DNA of 63,855 nucleotides, filler included, from Octopus bimaculoides (GCF_001194135.2; 6 parts of 6 records of this genome joined end to end with filler, not necessarily neighbours in it), one strand, 5' to 3'; shown: positions 12,680-26,560, numbered from the whole stretch's first letter. Notes: generated by a model not told the origin, from the letters alone. Program-made: numbers and translations.

Positions 12680-13790
12680 AACTAGACTATATTTATAGAT
12701 GTACTATAGTTATATTGTAACTAACATAATATGAACTCCACTCACTGATTATTAGAAATAAATTTTTGCATCTCCTATGTAATTTCTTACTCACATAACC
12801 AATCTTAACATATCTATTTGTCCTGGAAGTTCTATCTGTCTATATCGTTTGCAGCCAATGAGCAAGCACACTTTGATCTAGTTTGCACTTTCATGACTAC
12901 TAAACTCTTTCGAGATAGCCCTTTAAAACATTAGTGTCACTCTAGGGTTAAATGATAATAATCTTTACAACCATATTGTATTTCTCAACTACCTCTGCTA
13001 AACACACATATCCTCCACCTAGAATAAGACCATCAACATCCCTTATACTTCAGTTTGCTTCAATGACCTGTAATAGTAACACCTTCAATAAAGCTGCATG
13101 GATATGTTTACCTTGGATGAAGTCATAATGTAACTGAAACAACAGGATGCTACTGGATACCACATTCTAGGATATCTACACAGTAGAGACACATACTGGA
13201 CAGAGATTTAAAAAGAATATCTTGTATACATGTACAATTCTCCATCTTTATTTTAGATTTTGTGTGTGTTTATGTATGTATGTATCTATGTGTGTAGACA
13301 AACCAATACTGCTTAACAATCATTGTTGGTTTGTTTATGTCCCCATAACTTATTTCAGCAAAAGAGACTGGTAGAATATGTACCTTGTTTTAGAAAAATA
13401 AGTACTGGACTAGATTTGTTTGACTAAAATAAACTCATAAAGGTAGTGCTCCTGCATGGCCACAGTCCAATGACTGGAACATGTAAAAAATAAAAGATAG
13501 CGTAGTTCGAACCAAACATTTTGGTGTTTTTTCTTTTTAAATTGAAGTCAGTCAAAGAATTCATAATTTTGAATTCTTTAAAAAGAAACACAAGGAGTAA
13601 ATGACAGAGGAACCAACCAGCCACTTCAGAACCCATTCTACCCATACTTATCATGCAATGGATCATATAAAATATGAGCTATAAATCAACAAACTAACTT
13701 CTTGTACAAAGGAGGTGTTGTGACTGTAAAAAAGTTTTTTTACTAGAATATACAGAAAAAAAAAAAAATTAAAGCAAACATCAATCTTAC

Positions 13791-13832
13791 TTTAACTTGT
13801 GGCATCTTTTCTTTAGCTTTCGCTTTTGCATC
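13791..13832 (-). CDS. Internal coding exon (DAKAKAKEKMPQVK)
   Basis: tttatatttcag|GAT...AAA|gtaaga; 42 nt, phase 0 to 0. Confidence 0.78.
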
Positions 13833-14325
13833 CTGAAATATAAATATCATAAACCAAATAATTTAAATCTAGAATATTTTTCTCCAATTATCATGAAAAT
13901 ATGTCTTAAAATCAAACTTATAAATTTGTTTGTTTTTATAAAGAGGTGTATATATATATATATATATATATNNNNNNNNNNAGTAAGCACATGAAATGTG
14001 CAACAAGGTGGAAAAAAGAGTACTCAAATACCAGAGGTAGAGTAATATGCTTTATTTAAAATGCTGCTTTTAAATAAAGTATATATATATATATATATAT
14101 ATAAATTTAGTAAATGGAGTAAAACACATATGTTAAATGAATTCTTTTATTTCCAACATATGTTTCAAAGATCACAAATTGTATCTTCCAAAGGATTAGG
14201 TGATGTTGATAAGGATGTAATCTTCTCTTGAGGGAAATACATAGGAACCAGCTTAACCGTAAGACATTTTAACCGAATGTGATAACTGTAGGTAGAGAAG
14301 ATTGCTACGTAAACATTACTTAAAG

Positions 14326-14584
14326 CAGTGGTTCTCAACCAGTCTATATGGCCCTTAGGGGTCCACATAAGATTTTGATGTTAAAATTTATGCGCAATAA
14401 ATTGGTTGTATTTCTACAATATACAATATGTTCCAACACCGTTTTTTAATACAATTCTTAATAATATTTAATTATAAAAATATAATATGATTTTTTTTTT
14501 AGCATCAAATGGCTATGGGGGATTCCATAGAGTAAAAATAGGAATCAAAAACATCCACAAGTGAAAAATGGTTGAGAAAGACTG
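14326..14584. mobile_element. hAT-type MITE with perfect 8-bp target-site duplication
   Basis: TIRs CAGTGGTTCTCAAC and GTTGAGAAAGACTG; ACTTAAAG on both sides (14318-14325 and 14585-14592). Confidence 0.92.
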
Positions 14585-16076
14585 ACTTAAAGGATCACTC
14601 ATTATACTGGCATATCACATTTCCTTTCGTTCTTTCCTCCATAAAAATAAATGTTTTTAAATTGTTGTCATTATTATTTAAGATCTGCTTCCCATGCTGG
14701 CATGGGTTGGACGGTTTGACAGGAGCTGGCAAGTCAGAAAACTACACTGATCTTTACTGCCTGCTTTAGTATGGTTTCTATGGCTGGATGCCCTTTCTAA
14801 CACCAAATTATATTTGTTAATTAATATCATGACATATTAAAAGTATTTGATAATTAATATCTTAATTATTGATAATCTTATGATAAGCCAATAATCCTCT
14901 GTGTCTTGGATTTTTAAAATGCCACTTGAGGTTTTTAAAAATCCATACTCTTTGTATGTCTTGAAAAACATGTTTGTCATTATTTTGCTATGCACAAATA
15001 TGCTTAATAAAATAATCAATAATTTTATAAATTTTTAGAAAAAATTTAAACTTTAAAGCTGTTTTTTTAAAAAATTTCCATGTGAAGTGAACCAGTAATT
15101 TTTATTTGATTTCCAGTGTATCACAAAGTCAAAATGACTGAGAACCACTGCTATGAGCCAATAATTTGGGTCCTTAAGTAAGTAGAAAACCAGTTTTGTT
15201 GAATAAGGACTAAAGTCAAATGAACTGACTCAGAAGTTCACCAAATGTACAATTTTCATCAGCCACAAGCAAAGTATACCATAAGTGGAAGTGAACACTG
15301 GAATAAAATCAATTACAATTCTGTAATCTGACATTCAGATCATAATGTTAGTTTACATATATTCTCAGAGTTACATTCTTTTACCTAATTTTTTTTACAT
15401 TTATTTTCCATATTTGTGTGGGTGGAATCAATTTTGCTAATTTGAACAGTTGCAAAACTTTTCCTTAGGTTACCTATCGGGGCACATTGTGTGAGTGAAT
15501 ACATGGTATGTAGTAGATATTAATTATATAAGTGATCATAAAAAGGGCCTTATCACTATGAAACAATATGCAAACAAAGTTTTTGATAGTGTTGCTTCCT
15601 TGAGGAATGAAACAGTGGAAAGTGAGAATGGGTGGATGGAAGAAGAAAGAGACAGATGGTAGAGGTAGAATTATTGGGGTGGGGATGGGAGGGTAGAAGT
15701 GGACAGGACGTAAGAGTGACAAAACACAGGAGTCTAGATTGGAGAGAGAGAGGGAGAGAGATGGAGATGAAGAATGTACAGATAGGGGAAGGTAGAGTGC
15801 ATTGGTCACAGACTGTTTGATGTAGTCTCAGCAAATCTTCTGCACTCAAGGCTCATGTCTCACTCACTACCATTCATTATTGAGGTTGAATACAAGTTTC
15901 GTACAATCTATCATAACTTTGAGTAAGAAAACCCTTGTTGCTTGCAAAGATAATAACCACCTGAACTTTTTCCAATTTCTTCTTACCCTACCTACTAAAC
16001 TTTCAGAGTAACCACTTCTATTATTAATTATACTCCCTTAGAAATAGAAGCTATCAACTACTCCTAGTTAGTAATA

Positions 16077-17340
16077 ATGCTCAAACATTTATCACAATTT
16101 GTCGTTCCAGTTTTCAAAATGGAAACAGGCCCAGAATCACTCACCTCTCTTGAAGTATTTGAAAGGGTGATGAAATCAAGAACAACAGGATTCCTGGTGA
16201 GTAACAGTCTCCTAAATTACAACCAACATGATTTTTGTTGCGACAGAGACTACCTTAAACAGCTTCTGCAAATCTAATGCTTATTTATTCACATTGTCTC
16301 AAATTAATCATACTATATCTCATAGCTTTGAGATTTCAGTGATATGATTGTTTATTTTTACTATGACATTGTAAGGTAGGTGTGAAATGTTGGTGAATAA
16401 GGTAGGTGAATAAGGTAGGTGAATAAAATATTCTGTCCAGTTTGAACATAAAAGAGGCAGAATATTTTGGTCGGATATGGCCAGTCTGAACACTAAAAGG
16501 TTAAAGTTTTGCTTGAGGGCTCAAATTCTGACGTTATATTTCTTGACTTCATCAAAGCCTTTAACCGAGTTAACCACAATTTTCTACTGTTAAAATTGCC
16601 CTACATAGAAATCTGTAGAAAACTGTTGCACTGGAACAAGTATTTCTTGGTGAGCAGAATCCAACAGCCTGTATTCAATGGAACCCACTCAAGCCCAGCA
16701 AAAGTTACCAGTGGTGTCTCCCAAGGAACTGTAGTAGGCCCTCTTCTCTTCATAGAATATACAGACGACATATCAAATGTCATCAAGCTCAGTAAAATAA
16801 AAAATACTCACAAATGACTCAAGCTTCAAAAAAATATTAATGGAGAAGAAGATCAAATAAAACTCCTCCAGCCTAAACTACATGCTGTAAGCCAATGAGT
16901 GAACAGACAAAAACAATATGCTGCTAAATGAGGGAAAATTTGAATTTGTGCTCTTTGGAAAAGAGAATGTTTTCAAATAGCCATGCTCTCTTCCTTCAGA
17001 AGAACCACTGACAACATCCAACAATATAAGAGATTTTGGAGGAATTGTGACAACTTCAGCTGAAGCAACCACATCAACTATAAAGTCAATATGGCTTGCA
17101 AGATGAGTTTCTAGATCCTCAGAACTTTCTGGCCCAGAGATATGAGTGTCATCATCCCCTTTTCTCTGCTTTTGTATGGTCATACCAAGAATACTGTTTC
17201 CCCCTGGGATCTATCCATATCAAATAAAACATAATGAGAATTGAGACACCCAAAAAAACAAAAACAAAAAATTTTAATAGAATATTAATTAGCATAACAG
17301 ATTTTGAACATCTCTCAAAAGCCTGAACTGTAAGCATACT
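16077..17340 (+). pseudogene. CR1/L2-like LINE reverse transcriptase remnant
   Basis: PVFK...SLTS..VFERVMK, VIFLDFIKAFNRVNH, VTSGVSQGTVVGPLLF; frameshifts and stops. Confidence 0.88.
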
Positions 17341-18469
17341 TTTCTAATGGTACTGAACTGTTCCATTCACAGTTTCCAGAGATTCAAATGATGTAGGATC
17401 TTTCATATGTTGAAGCAATGAAACAAAAGGCTCATTAAAAATAAACCTATTTGGGTGGATTGTGTCAATGCATCTGAGAGTATCACTTGATCAAACAACC
17501 AGATACCTAGGTATGAATAAACCTCCATCTTCTTTGGTCCTACCAAATGTAATATCGTGGAAGAATGCAGTATAGAAGAGTTTGGGCAAATTCATCAATT
17601 TAATATACTTGAAAGAGTATTGTGAACTTGGAATAGGTCTTCGCTGGATGCAGTTATAGGTATTTTCCTAAGTAAATTAAACCTTTTCACTATTTTTTAG
17701 ATAAACATTGAAATGCATCACACTCAGGTGCTGTTCATGGGTAATTTCAAGATTCTTTACCCTCTGTCATCAATATTGGTTTCAAATTTTGGCACAAGGT
17801 TAGCAATTTTGGGGGAAGAGGTTAAGTCGATTACAGCGACTCCAGTGTTCAACTGGTACTTAATTTATCGACCTCAAAAAAGATGAAAGGCAAAGTCAAT
17901 CTCATCAGAATTTGAACTCAGAACGTAAGGATGTATGAAATGCTACTAAGCATTCTGCCTTGCATGCTAACGATTCTGCTAGCTTGCCATCTTACCCCCT
18001 GTTATCAATACTGATATAACTTCCTATTGGTAAAGCATAATTTCATCAAGATGGTTTCAGTCTGATTTTCGGACTGAGATACATAGCCTGACCACTTCTA
18101 TCAATCAAGTCAACTGGATCAGATTCCTATCATAAGTTGTGTTTTCCTCTTCATGCATTATGATTATCTCCCATTCGCCATCCCTACCCTCCCTGCTGTT
18201 TGATTTCTTGGCTTGGCTTCTGGAACACAATTTCCTTCTTCAACATTTTCAATTTGTCTTGTTCTTTTGTTGACTGTCCCTATCCATTCAACATGATTCA
18301 TATTACCTAGCCATTGCATAAATGCTCTTCTGGAAACTTTTAACGCTCAAACTTTTGAAGATGAACAACTTAAGATTTTCTTTTTAGTCCTACACCAAAA
18401 GTAAAATTTTTAACTTTTCAGAGACAAACATTTTATTGCAATAAGAATAGGAAATAAATATATCTGTAC

Positions 18470-18505
18470 CTTTTTCCGTTGTGCAATTGATTCCACTGTT
18501 AGATT
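18470..18505 (-). CDS. Internal coding exon (NLTVESIAQRKK)
   Basis: ttgtacttttag|AAT...AAG|gtacag; 36 nt, phase 0 to 0. Confidence 0.65.
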
Positions 18506-18669
18506 CTAAAAGTACAATGATATTTATTTTAAGAATACTTAGAGAATTTTGTTGACTACCACCAGTTATCAACACGAAATTTACTTTTAGTCCCACACTG
18601 TAAGTAAAATTTTTAACTATTGAGGGACAAACGCTTTATTACAATAAGAATGAGAAATAAATATCCCTG

Positions 18670-20560
18670 GAAAGACTGGAAAAATTATGGAAGCAGAGAA
18701 TTACATCAGGTAACCAAAAGGGAAGCTAGGTAACATGGTTACATAGTGAAAGGAATAGCAAAAGTTAAGAGATTTGCAAATATTCTACAGCATGAGGATC
18801 AGAGGCATGAGGTGTTCAGGATTGCAAAGCAGTGTATCAAAGAGAATAGAAATGTGGTGGGTGAGAAATGTGTGTGAATGGATAATGGTATGCTTGCACT
18901 TAGTGACTCAGAGAAGAAAGATGCATAGAGGTGCTACTATGAAAGGTTCCTAAATGTGGAAAGTGAATGGGAGAAGGAGTCTTGCAAATATGGAACCAAT
19001 TGAGGGACCAGTCATCAGAGTTGATAGCAGTATAATAGATAAGGCAATTAAGGATACAAAGACAAGGAAAGCCCCTAGGTCATTGGGTTAAAATAGCTGA
19101 GATGATTAAAATATCCGGTGGTGTAGGATACAGCCTAGTCACTCACATAGTTAATCAGGTTACTCAGGATTGGTGTAGTAGTATTATAGTTAGCTGCTAC
19201 AAGGGTAAAGGTGATGCCTTGGATAGAAACAAGTGCAATGGTATCAAACTGCTAGACCAGGTCATGAAATTTATAGAGGGAATTGGAGCTCAACTGATTA
19301 GGAATATAATTAAACTAGATGAGTTGTTGTTTAGTTTTGTTCCTGGGAAGAATACTATGGATGCCATCTTCCTAGTGAGACAGTTACAAGAAAAGTATTT
19401 GGCCAAAAGTAAACAATTGTATTTAGCTTTCATCGACCTGGAGAAAGCTTCGACAGAGTTCCCTGCTCTGTTATCTGGTGGTCTCTAAGGAAGTTAGGAG
19501 TGGCTTGTCAGAGCTGTAAAAGCCATGTACAGCAATGCTGTCAGTAAGGTGAGAGTCAACCATGAATACAGTGATAAATTTAGCATACAAGTAGGGGTTC
19601 ACCAGAGCTCAGTTCTTAGTACACTTATTCATCATAGTCCTCCAGGTCATAACAGAGGAATTCAAAACTGGATGCAGAATTTGAAGCAAAATTGGAGAAG
19701 AAATTCCAGGTATGGAAGCAATACCTAGAATCAAAGGGCTTTAAAGTTAACCTAGTAAATACCAAATTTATTGTTAGCAAGAAAGCAGATAAGACTCTCT
19801 TTCCATCAAGTAAATAGCCCTGCTCAATATGTAGGAAAGGAGAAGGACCCATTGCTGCACCCAGTGTAAACAATGGACACATAAGGGGTGCAGTGGAATC
19901 ACAGGTAAATTAACAGATAAGGTCACCTGCATGTGTGGCAGACGTGCAGGAACAATAAGCACTAAGAGAACTCAAGACTTAGACCCTCTCAAATGCCCAG
20001 AAGGCTCTCTTGAGGTGGTAGATAGTTTCTGTTACTTAGGTGACCAAATTAGTAATGGTGGTGGATGCTTTGAAAGTATTGTTTCTAGAATAAGAATAGA
20101 ATGGAGGAAGTTCATAGAGCTACTACCTCTGTTGGCAACAAAAGGACTTTCTCTCAGAGTGAAAGATAGATTGTATGATGCTTGTGTATGATCGGCTATA
20201 CTCCATGGTAGTGAGACATAGGCTCAGAATGCAGAGGACATGCGTAGACTAGAGAGGAATGAAGTCAGTATGCTTTGCTGAGATGTACAACATCATTGTG
20301 CAAGACAAAGTTCAAAAGTGTTGAGAGAAAAGTTTGGCATAAGATAAATTTAATGTGGCATGTAGGAGAGGAGACTTTGATTTGGACAAGTAATGCATAT
20401 GAATGAAGACAGTTATATAAAGTGCCATTCACTAAAAGTAGATGGTACCTGTGGAAGAGGGAGATCCAGGAAGATCTCAGGACTGTTGCAGGTCATGTAG
20501 AAATGACAATGGACTGAGATGTCTGGCGATATGAGGTTCTAGAGAAGACTTGCCTATGTC
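18670..20560 (+). pseudogene. RTE-clade LINE ORF2 remnant (5'-truncated; YADD region deleted)
   Basis: YKGKGDALDRN..GIKLLDQVMK, DAIFLVRQLQEKY..AFIDLEKA, DSFCYLGD..GGC..RIRIEW, LHGSET; many stops. Confidence 0.9.
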
Positions 20561-21196
20561 AGTGAAACTGAGTGTGAGAAATATTGTGTCCCACCCATAT
20601 GTAATGATAAAATTTTCACACACCCTACCTCAAGGAACCAGTCTACATCTCCTCTTCCAAACTGCATCTTTTCTCTTCCTTACATTTCCTCTTTATACCT
20701 TATGATTAGCTCCCATTCGTCATCCCTACCCTCCCTGTTCTGCTCACTGCATCGCTGCTTTCCCTTCCCCCACTTTATACCCAGGTTCTCACCAGTCACT
20801 GCAACCCCACCCCTACTCCCTACCCGTGCCTTCTTGGCAATACCTGGCCACATATATTATGACCTCCATACCTTGACGGCATTCACTGGCAATTGCCACC
20901 ATTTATCTCTCTCTTTGTTACTCTAGCATCCCATCTAAGCTCTGATCCCCGTTCCTTGTAAGTATACCCTGGCACTTCACCATTTCTCTCCTGCTCTCTT
21001 GCTGTCTCCCACTCTCATTATCTCTCTTTCCCTTACTCTTCACTCGGGCTGGGTAACCATGTATCTACAGCAGCACACCTGTTTCTGTCCCAATTCTTGA
21101 TCACTCTCTCTCCCCCATTCTCTTGTTCTCCCCTCTGGCTGGGTAAACAAATATTTCCTTTACAACAGCACACCTTTTTCTGTCCTCTTTCTTCTT

Positions 21197-21239
<43 letters not shown>

Positions 21240-21693
21240 ACCGGGTAACCACATACCTAATCTACAGCAAGACACCTGTTTCTGTCTCTGTTTCACTATA
21301 ACTTTTCACCTTTCATCATCTGACACGAGATCACCTCCTCCAATGCCTCCTCCCCTCTCAAACATTCCTTGTCTTGCAAGTTACTTGGTGACCTTGCCGG
21401 TGCCATGTAAAAAGCATCCAGTCTATATTGTGAAGTGGTTGGCATCTGGAAGAGCATCCAGCTGTAAAAGCCATGCCAAAACCAACCTTGCTTGTGCTGG
21501 TGCTACATAAAAAGCACTGAGTCCATTCTGTGGGGTGGTTGGTGTTAGGAAGGGCATCCAGTCATAAAGACTATGCCAAAATAGACACAGAAACCTGATG
21601 TAGTCTTCTATTTGCCCACCTCCTGTCAAACCGTCCAACCCATACTGGCATGAAAGGTGGACATTGAACAATGATGATGATGATGATGATGAC

Positions 21694-21741
<48 letters not shown>

Positions 21742-22381
21742 NNNNNNNNNNNNNNNNNNNNNNNNNNNNNNNNNNNNNNNNNNNNNNNNNNNNNNNNNNN
21801 NNNNNNNNNNNNNNNNNNNNNNNNNNNNNNNNNNNNNNNNNNNNNNNNNNNNNNNNNNNNNNNNNNNNNNNNNNNNNNNNNNNNNNNNNNNNNNNNNNNN
21901 NNNNNNNNNNNNNNNNNNNNNNNNNNNNNNNNNNNNNNNNNNNNNNNNNNNNNNNNNNNNNNNNNNNNNNNNNNNNNNNNNNNNNNNNNNNNNNNNNNNN
22001 NNNNNNNNNNNNNNNNNNNNNNNNNNNNNNNNNNNNNNNNNNNNNNNNNNNNNNNNNNNNNNNNNNNNNNNNNNNNNNNNNNNNNNNNNNNNNNNNNNNN
22101 NNNNNNNNNNNNNNNNNNNNNNNNNNNNNNNNNNNNNNNNNNNNNNNNNNNNNNNNNNNNNNNNNNNNNNNNNNNNNNNNNNNNNNNNNNNNNNNNNNNN
22201 NNNNNNNNNNNNNNNNNNNNNNNNNNNNNNNNNNNNNNNNNNNNNNNNNNNNNNNNNNNNNNNNNNNNNNNNNNNNNNNNNNNNNNNNNNNNNNNNNNNN
22301 NNNNNNNNNNNNNNNNNNNNNNNNNNNNNNNNNNNNNNNNNNNNNNNNNNNNNNNNNNNNNNNNNNNNNNNNNNNNNNNNN

Positions 22382-22850
22382 TTAACTAGGAAGTTAGTTT
22401 TTGTATGTAGCAGATGTTCAGGAGCTATAAACACTGTAAATGTGCAGAAAACAACTTCTGCCACATTCCAGGGAGAAAAACTAGAAGTAGCTGATAGCTT
22501 CCGCTATCTAGGTGACCAAGTTAGTAGTGGGGGAGGGTGCGCTGAAAGTGTAGCTGCTAGAATAAGAATAGCCTGGACAAAGTTCAGAGAGCTCTTACCT
22601 CTGCTGGTGACAAAGGGTCTCTCTCTCAGAGTAAAAGGCAGACTGTATGACGCATGTGTATGAACAGCCATGCTACATGGCAGTGAAACATGGGCCGTGA
22701 CTGCTGCAGACATGCGTAGGCTCGCAATGAACGAAGCCAGTATGCTCCGATGGATGTGTAATGTCAGTATGCATACTCGACAGAGTGTAAGTACCTTGAG
22801 AGAAAAGTTGAACTTACAAAGCATCAGTTGTGGTGTGCAATATTTAACAT
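22382..22850 (+). pseudogene. Second, younger fragment of the same RTE family
   Basis: VADSFRYLGDQVSSGGGCAESVAARIRIAWTKFRELLPLL...LHGSETWAV; one in-frame stop. Confidence 0.9.
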
Positions 22851-23394
22851 TTTTGATAGGCCATTCTATTTGCATTTTATTTGATTATATACTTTTACCT
22901 TCTGTGATTTTATCTAAATGTATTACTTTTATGTGTTTGTGAACCTCGGTGATTGTTATATATGATTAAATGTTTGAGGGGTGGTCATCATCATCATCGT
23001 TTAACGTCCGCTTTCCATGCTAGCATGGGTTGGACGATTTGACTGAGGACTGGTGAAACCGGATGGCAACACCAGGCTCCAATCTAAATTTGGCAGAGTT
23101 TCTACAGCTGGATGCCCTTCCTAACGCCAACCACTCAGAGAGTGTAGTGGGTGCTTTTACGTGTCACCCGCACGAAAACGCGGCCACGCTCGAAATGGTG
23201 TCTTTTATGTGCCNNNNNNNNNNNNNNNNNNNNNNNNNNNNNNNNNNNNNNNNNNNNTTAATTAATTAANNNNNNNNNNNNNNNNNNNNNNNNNNNNNNN
23301 NNNNNNNNNNNNNTCCTTCCCGCCACTTCCTTCCCTTCTCCTCATCCTCATCATTGTCGCCATCATCATCATCATTATCGTCATTGTCACCATC

Positions 23395-23775
23395 AACCTT
23401 TTTTGACTGCAGCCATGCTGGAGCACTGCCTTTAGTCAAGCAAATTGACCCCAGGACTTATTCTTTGGAAGCCCAGTACTTATTCTATCTGTCTATTTTG
23501 CCGTACCGCTAAGTGACGGGGACATAAACACACCAGCATCGGTTGTCAAGCAATGCTAGGGGGATGAACACAGACACACAAATACACACACGCACACATA
23601 TACATATACATATACATATATATACGACGGGCTTCTTTCAGTTTCCGTCTACCAAATCCACTCAAGGCTTTGGTCGGTCCGAGGCTATAGTAGAAGACAC
23701 TTGCCCAAGATGCCACACAGTGGGATTGAACCCAGAACCATGTGGTTGGTAAGGAAGCTACTTACCACACAGCCA
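23395..23775 (-). mobile_element. tRNA-headed SINE with internal microsatellite
   Basis: Same family as 26636-27025. Confidence 0.8.
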
Positions 23776-24039
23776 CTCCATTGATGATAATGATGACGAT
23801 GGTAGTGGTGGTGGTGGTGGTGGTGGTGTTGGTGATGACGATGTCCACAACGACAATGATGATGATGACAGCAATGACAATGACAACAACAGAGTTTCCA
23901 CAGTTTCCATTATTGACATTTTATTCCATGTTTCAATCCAAACCAAAATCTTCAAAGCTACTCTGGAAGAAGTGGTTTTTATTTTGTTTTATTTTGTTTT
24001 GTTCTTTTTTTTTTTTCCTATCTCAGAATTGTTGTTACC

Positions 24040-24914
24040 CCATTATATTTCCTAGCATTACTCATGTTCCGTCCAATGTTTACATCACCAATCTTTGAAG
24101 GTCAAAATTCTTGTCGTAGACACAAGGAATTTTTTATCGCTTCCACAACAATCCTGAAATTGTCACTAGCAGTTTACATCAAAATACCAGCAAATACAGT
24201 CTTATAAAAGATTTTCATTTTCTGGTCTGTATTTGACATAGAATATTACCATTTTTTCAATGGTTTAATATTAGTATTTTGATCAACAATCAACATGAAG
24301 AATGCAGATTTCCTCAACTCTTTGAACAACAACACTGATGTATTCAACAAATTTCAAAGCATAGTTCTTGTTATGACAACTTTGAGGAATATTCACATAT
24401 TTGGCCATGTGTAAATTAATTCCTTGAATAGGACGCATTGAAGTATTCATTTTAACTGTTGGAATAACATTATCCACAAGAACTATAAGCAAAGCAGCAC
24501 TCAATTTCTTCTTCCAGGCCTTCTTGTACTACTCCAGATTTTTGCTCAATTGGAGTTTCTGTTAGTATTCTATAAATAGTATCTACCTTTAGGTTTCCAA
24601 ATTTGCTTCTAGTATCCAGATGACAGTGTTGCTTGAAATGCCATTTTAATAATCCAACTTCCATACTTACCGTTTCTTCTCTGAGGTAAATTTGCTTTGA
24701 CACAAAAAATTCTAACACATAACATCACCAACATCTTAATATATTCCATTCTGTTTTTAACCTGAAGATGGTTATTCAGTTTCTCCAAGATGTCAACGTC
24801 AGTCTTGTTTGAAATTGGAGACTTTTTTCTGAGAGATTTCCTGGTTTCTTTGCAAGCTTGCATTGGCATTATGACAAAATTTCTTCTATCATGTAATGTT
24901 AATGTGACTTTCAT
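24040..24914 (-). pseudogene. Degenerate ORF, possibly a piggyBac-like transposase
   Basis: Three frameshifted ORFs; NGKYG...SGY, then VDN about 64 aa later, then KP...MSNTDQ..FYKTVF loosely follow the piggyBac motif order. Confidence 0.45.
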
Positions 24915-24999
24915 TCAAAGGTCAAGACAGTAACACAGCGACACATACACTTACACACACACACACATGACTAAAGTAAATAGACACCTTTATAATCGT

Positions 25000-26560
25000 T
25001 AAAATTTATTTAAATCTGAAATTATACATTCAAATTATTTATTGATTTAATGTGAATATCTAATATTCAGTAGACATGCCCTTTGCATTTTTCAATGCAA
25101 GGACCCTATTAGACATGCTACTGATCATCATCATCATTATCATCATCGTTTAACGTCCGTTTTCCATGCTAGCATGGGTTGGACGATTTGACTGAGGACT
25201 GGTGAAACCGGATGGCTGCACCAGGCTCCAATCTGATCTGGCAGAGTTTCTACAGCTGGATGCCCTTCCTAACGCCAACCACTCAGAGAGTGTAGTGGGT
25301 GCTTTTACGTGTCACCCGCACGAAGGCCAGTCAGGCGGTACTGGCAACGGTCACGCTCAAAATGGTGCATTTCATGTGCCACCTGCATAAGAGCCAGTCC
25401 AGGGGCACTGGCAACGATCTCACTCGAAAATCCCACGAATTCTCTTCAGGAATTTNNNNNNNNNNCTCCAATCTGATCTGGCAGAGTTTCTACAGCTGGA
25501 TGCCCTTCCTAACGCCAACCACTCAGAGAGTGTAGTGGGTGCTTTTACGTGTCACCCGCACGAAGGCCAGTCAGGCGGTACTGGCAACGGTCACGCTCAA
25601 AATGGTGCATTTCATGTGCCACCTGCATAAGAGCCAGTCCAGGGGCACTGGCAACGATCTCACTCGAAAATCCCACGAATTCTCTTCAGGAATTTCTTGC
25701 CAGGTTTCATGCAGTAATCTCTTTGAGGATGCTTTCTTTTTCTTTTTACAAAGTGTCCTGTCCATTATGCCCCAGAGGTGTTCAATAGGGTTCATACCTG
25801 GTGACTGGCTGGCCATGGAAGCTTTTTAATGCCATTCTCTTCCAACCAATCATGGTTTGTTTTTTTTTAACTGCGTGACAACGAGCCCCATCTTCCATAA
25901 ATAATCATTTTACAACTGGAGAAGACTAGAAGGATTCCCTTTTGCAATATGGACATATTTATTTGAGTTTATCTTTCTCTCACACTCCACTAGCTCTGAT
26001 CAACCATTGCTCCAAATTGTTCCCCAGACCATCACAGAACAGCCACTGTGTTTCATTGTTGGCTGCAATCTTTTCATATCAAATTCTTGACTACAAAGTC
26101 TCTAGACCCACACTCAACTGCTGTCAGAATATACAGTAAATCTGAACTCATCAGAGAATATGACAGTGTCCCAAAATGCTAGTGGCCTCTCCACCATCTC
26201 ACTGGCCCAATCTCTTCTCCACTTGATATTGGCTGGTCAAAGAAGTGGCTTCCTTCTTGCTGCTCTGCCATAGTAATCAAGTTTGTAGAGATACCTGACA
26301 TCAACTCGTTCTGCTATGTCAAAGGCCTTGCAACAAGGATTATCCTACACACTTCTCTTAACAAAGTGAAGGGTCCTGTAAGAGGGCCCTGGTCAACCTG
26401 GTTGAGGTGATGTGGGCTCCTTCCCTTCTCAGGTGAATTGCACAGTCACTCTATTAACTGTAGAAAGTGGGACCCCAAGGATTTTATGCTGGCGAAGTTC
26501 ACCTTCAGACTGACTGACAATACGGCCTCTTTGAAATTCAAACAGTTCTAAGGCTTTTTT
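25000..26560 (-). pseudogene. Tc1-family transposase remnant interrupted by a retroposon (25128-25695)
   Basis: SDE..F, TMKHSG.SVMVWG, EDGARCH, QSPGMNPIEHLWG, WQEIP; C-terminus ISSMSNRVLALKNAKGMSTEY* lies left of the insertion. Confidence 0.85.

Noticed and set aside
12985-13060. DVDGLILGGGY motif resembling a CobB/CobQ glutamine amidotransferase (possible horizontal transfer)
   Set aside because: Short, flanked by in-frame stops, with no catalytic Cys motif; a chance match.
14165-14290. Acceptor plus YHIRLKCLTVKLVPMY... frame
   Set aside because: Ends in a stop, has no good donor and is phase-incompatible with neighbouring exons.
23258-23269. TTAATTAATTAA isolated between N-runs (also at about 50.2, 54.4, 58.3 and 60.3 kb)
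   Set aside because: An identical 12-mer with stops in all six frames, always flanked by Ns, is an assembly spacer and not biology.
25226-25695. Perfect 230-bp tandem duplication
   Set aside because: The copies are separated by a 10-N gap, so this is most likely an unmerged contig overlap. The same applies to 55688-55712 and 55753-55777.
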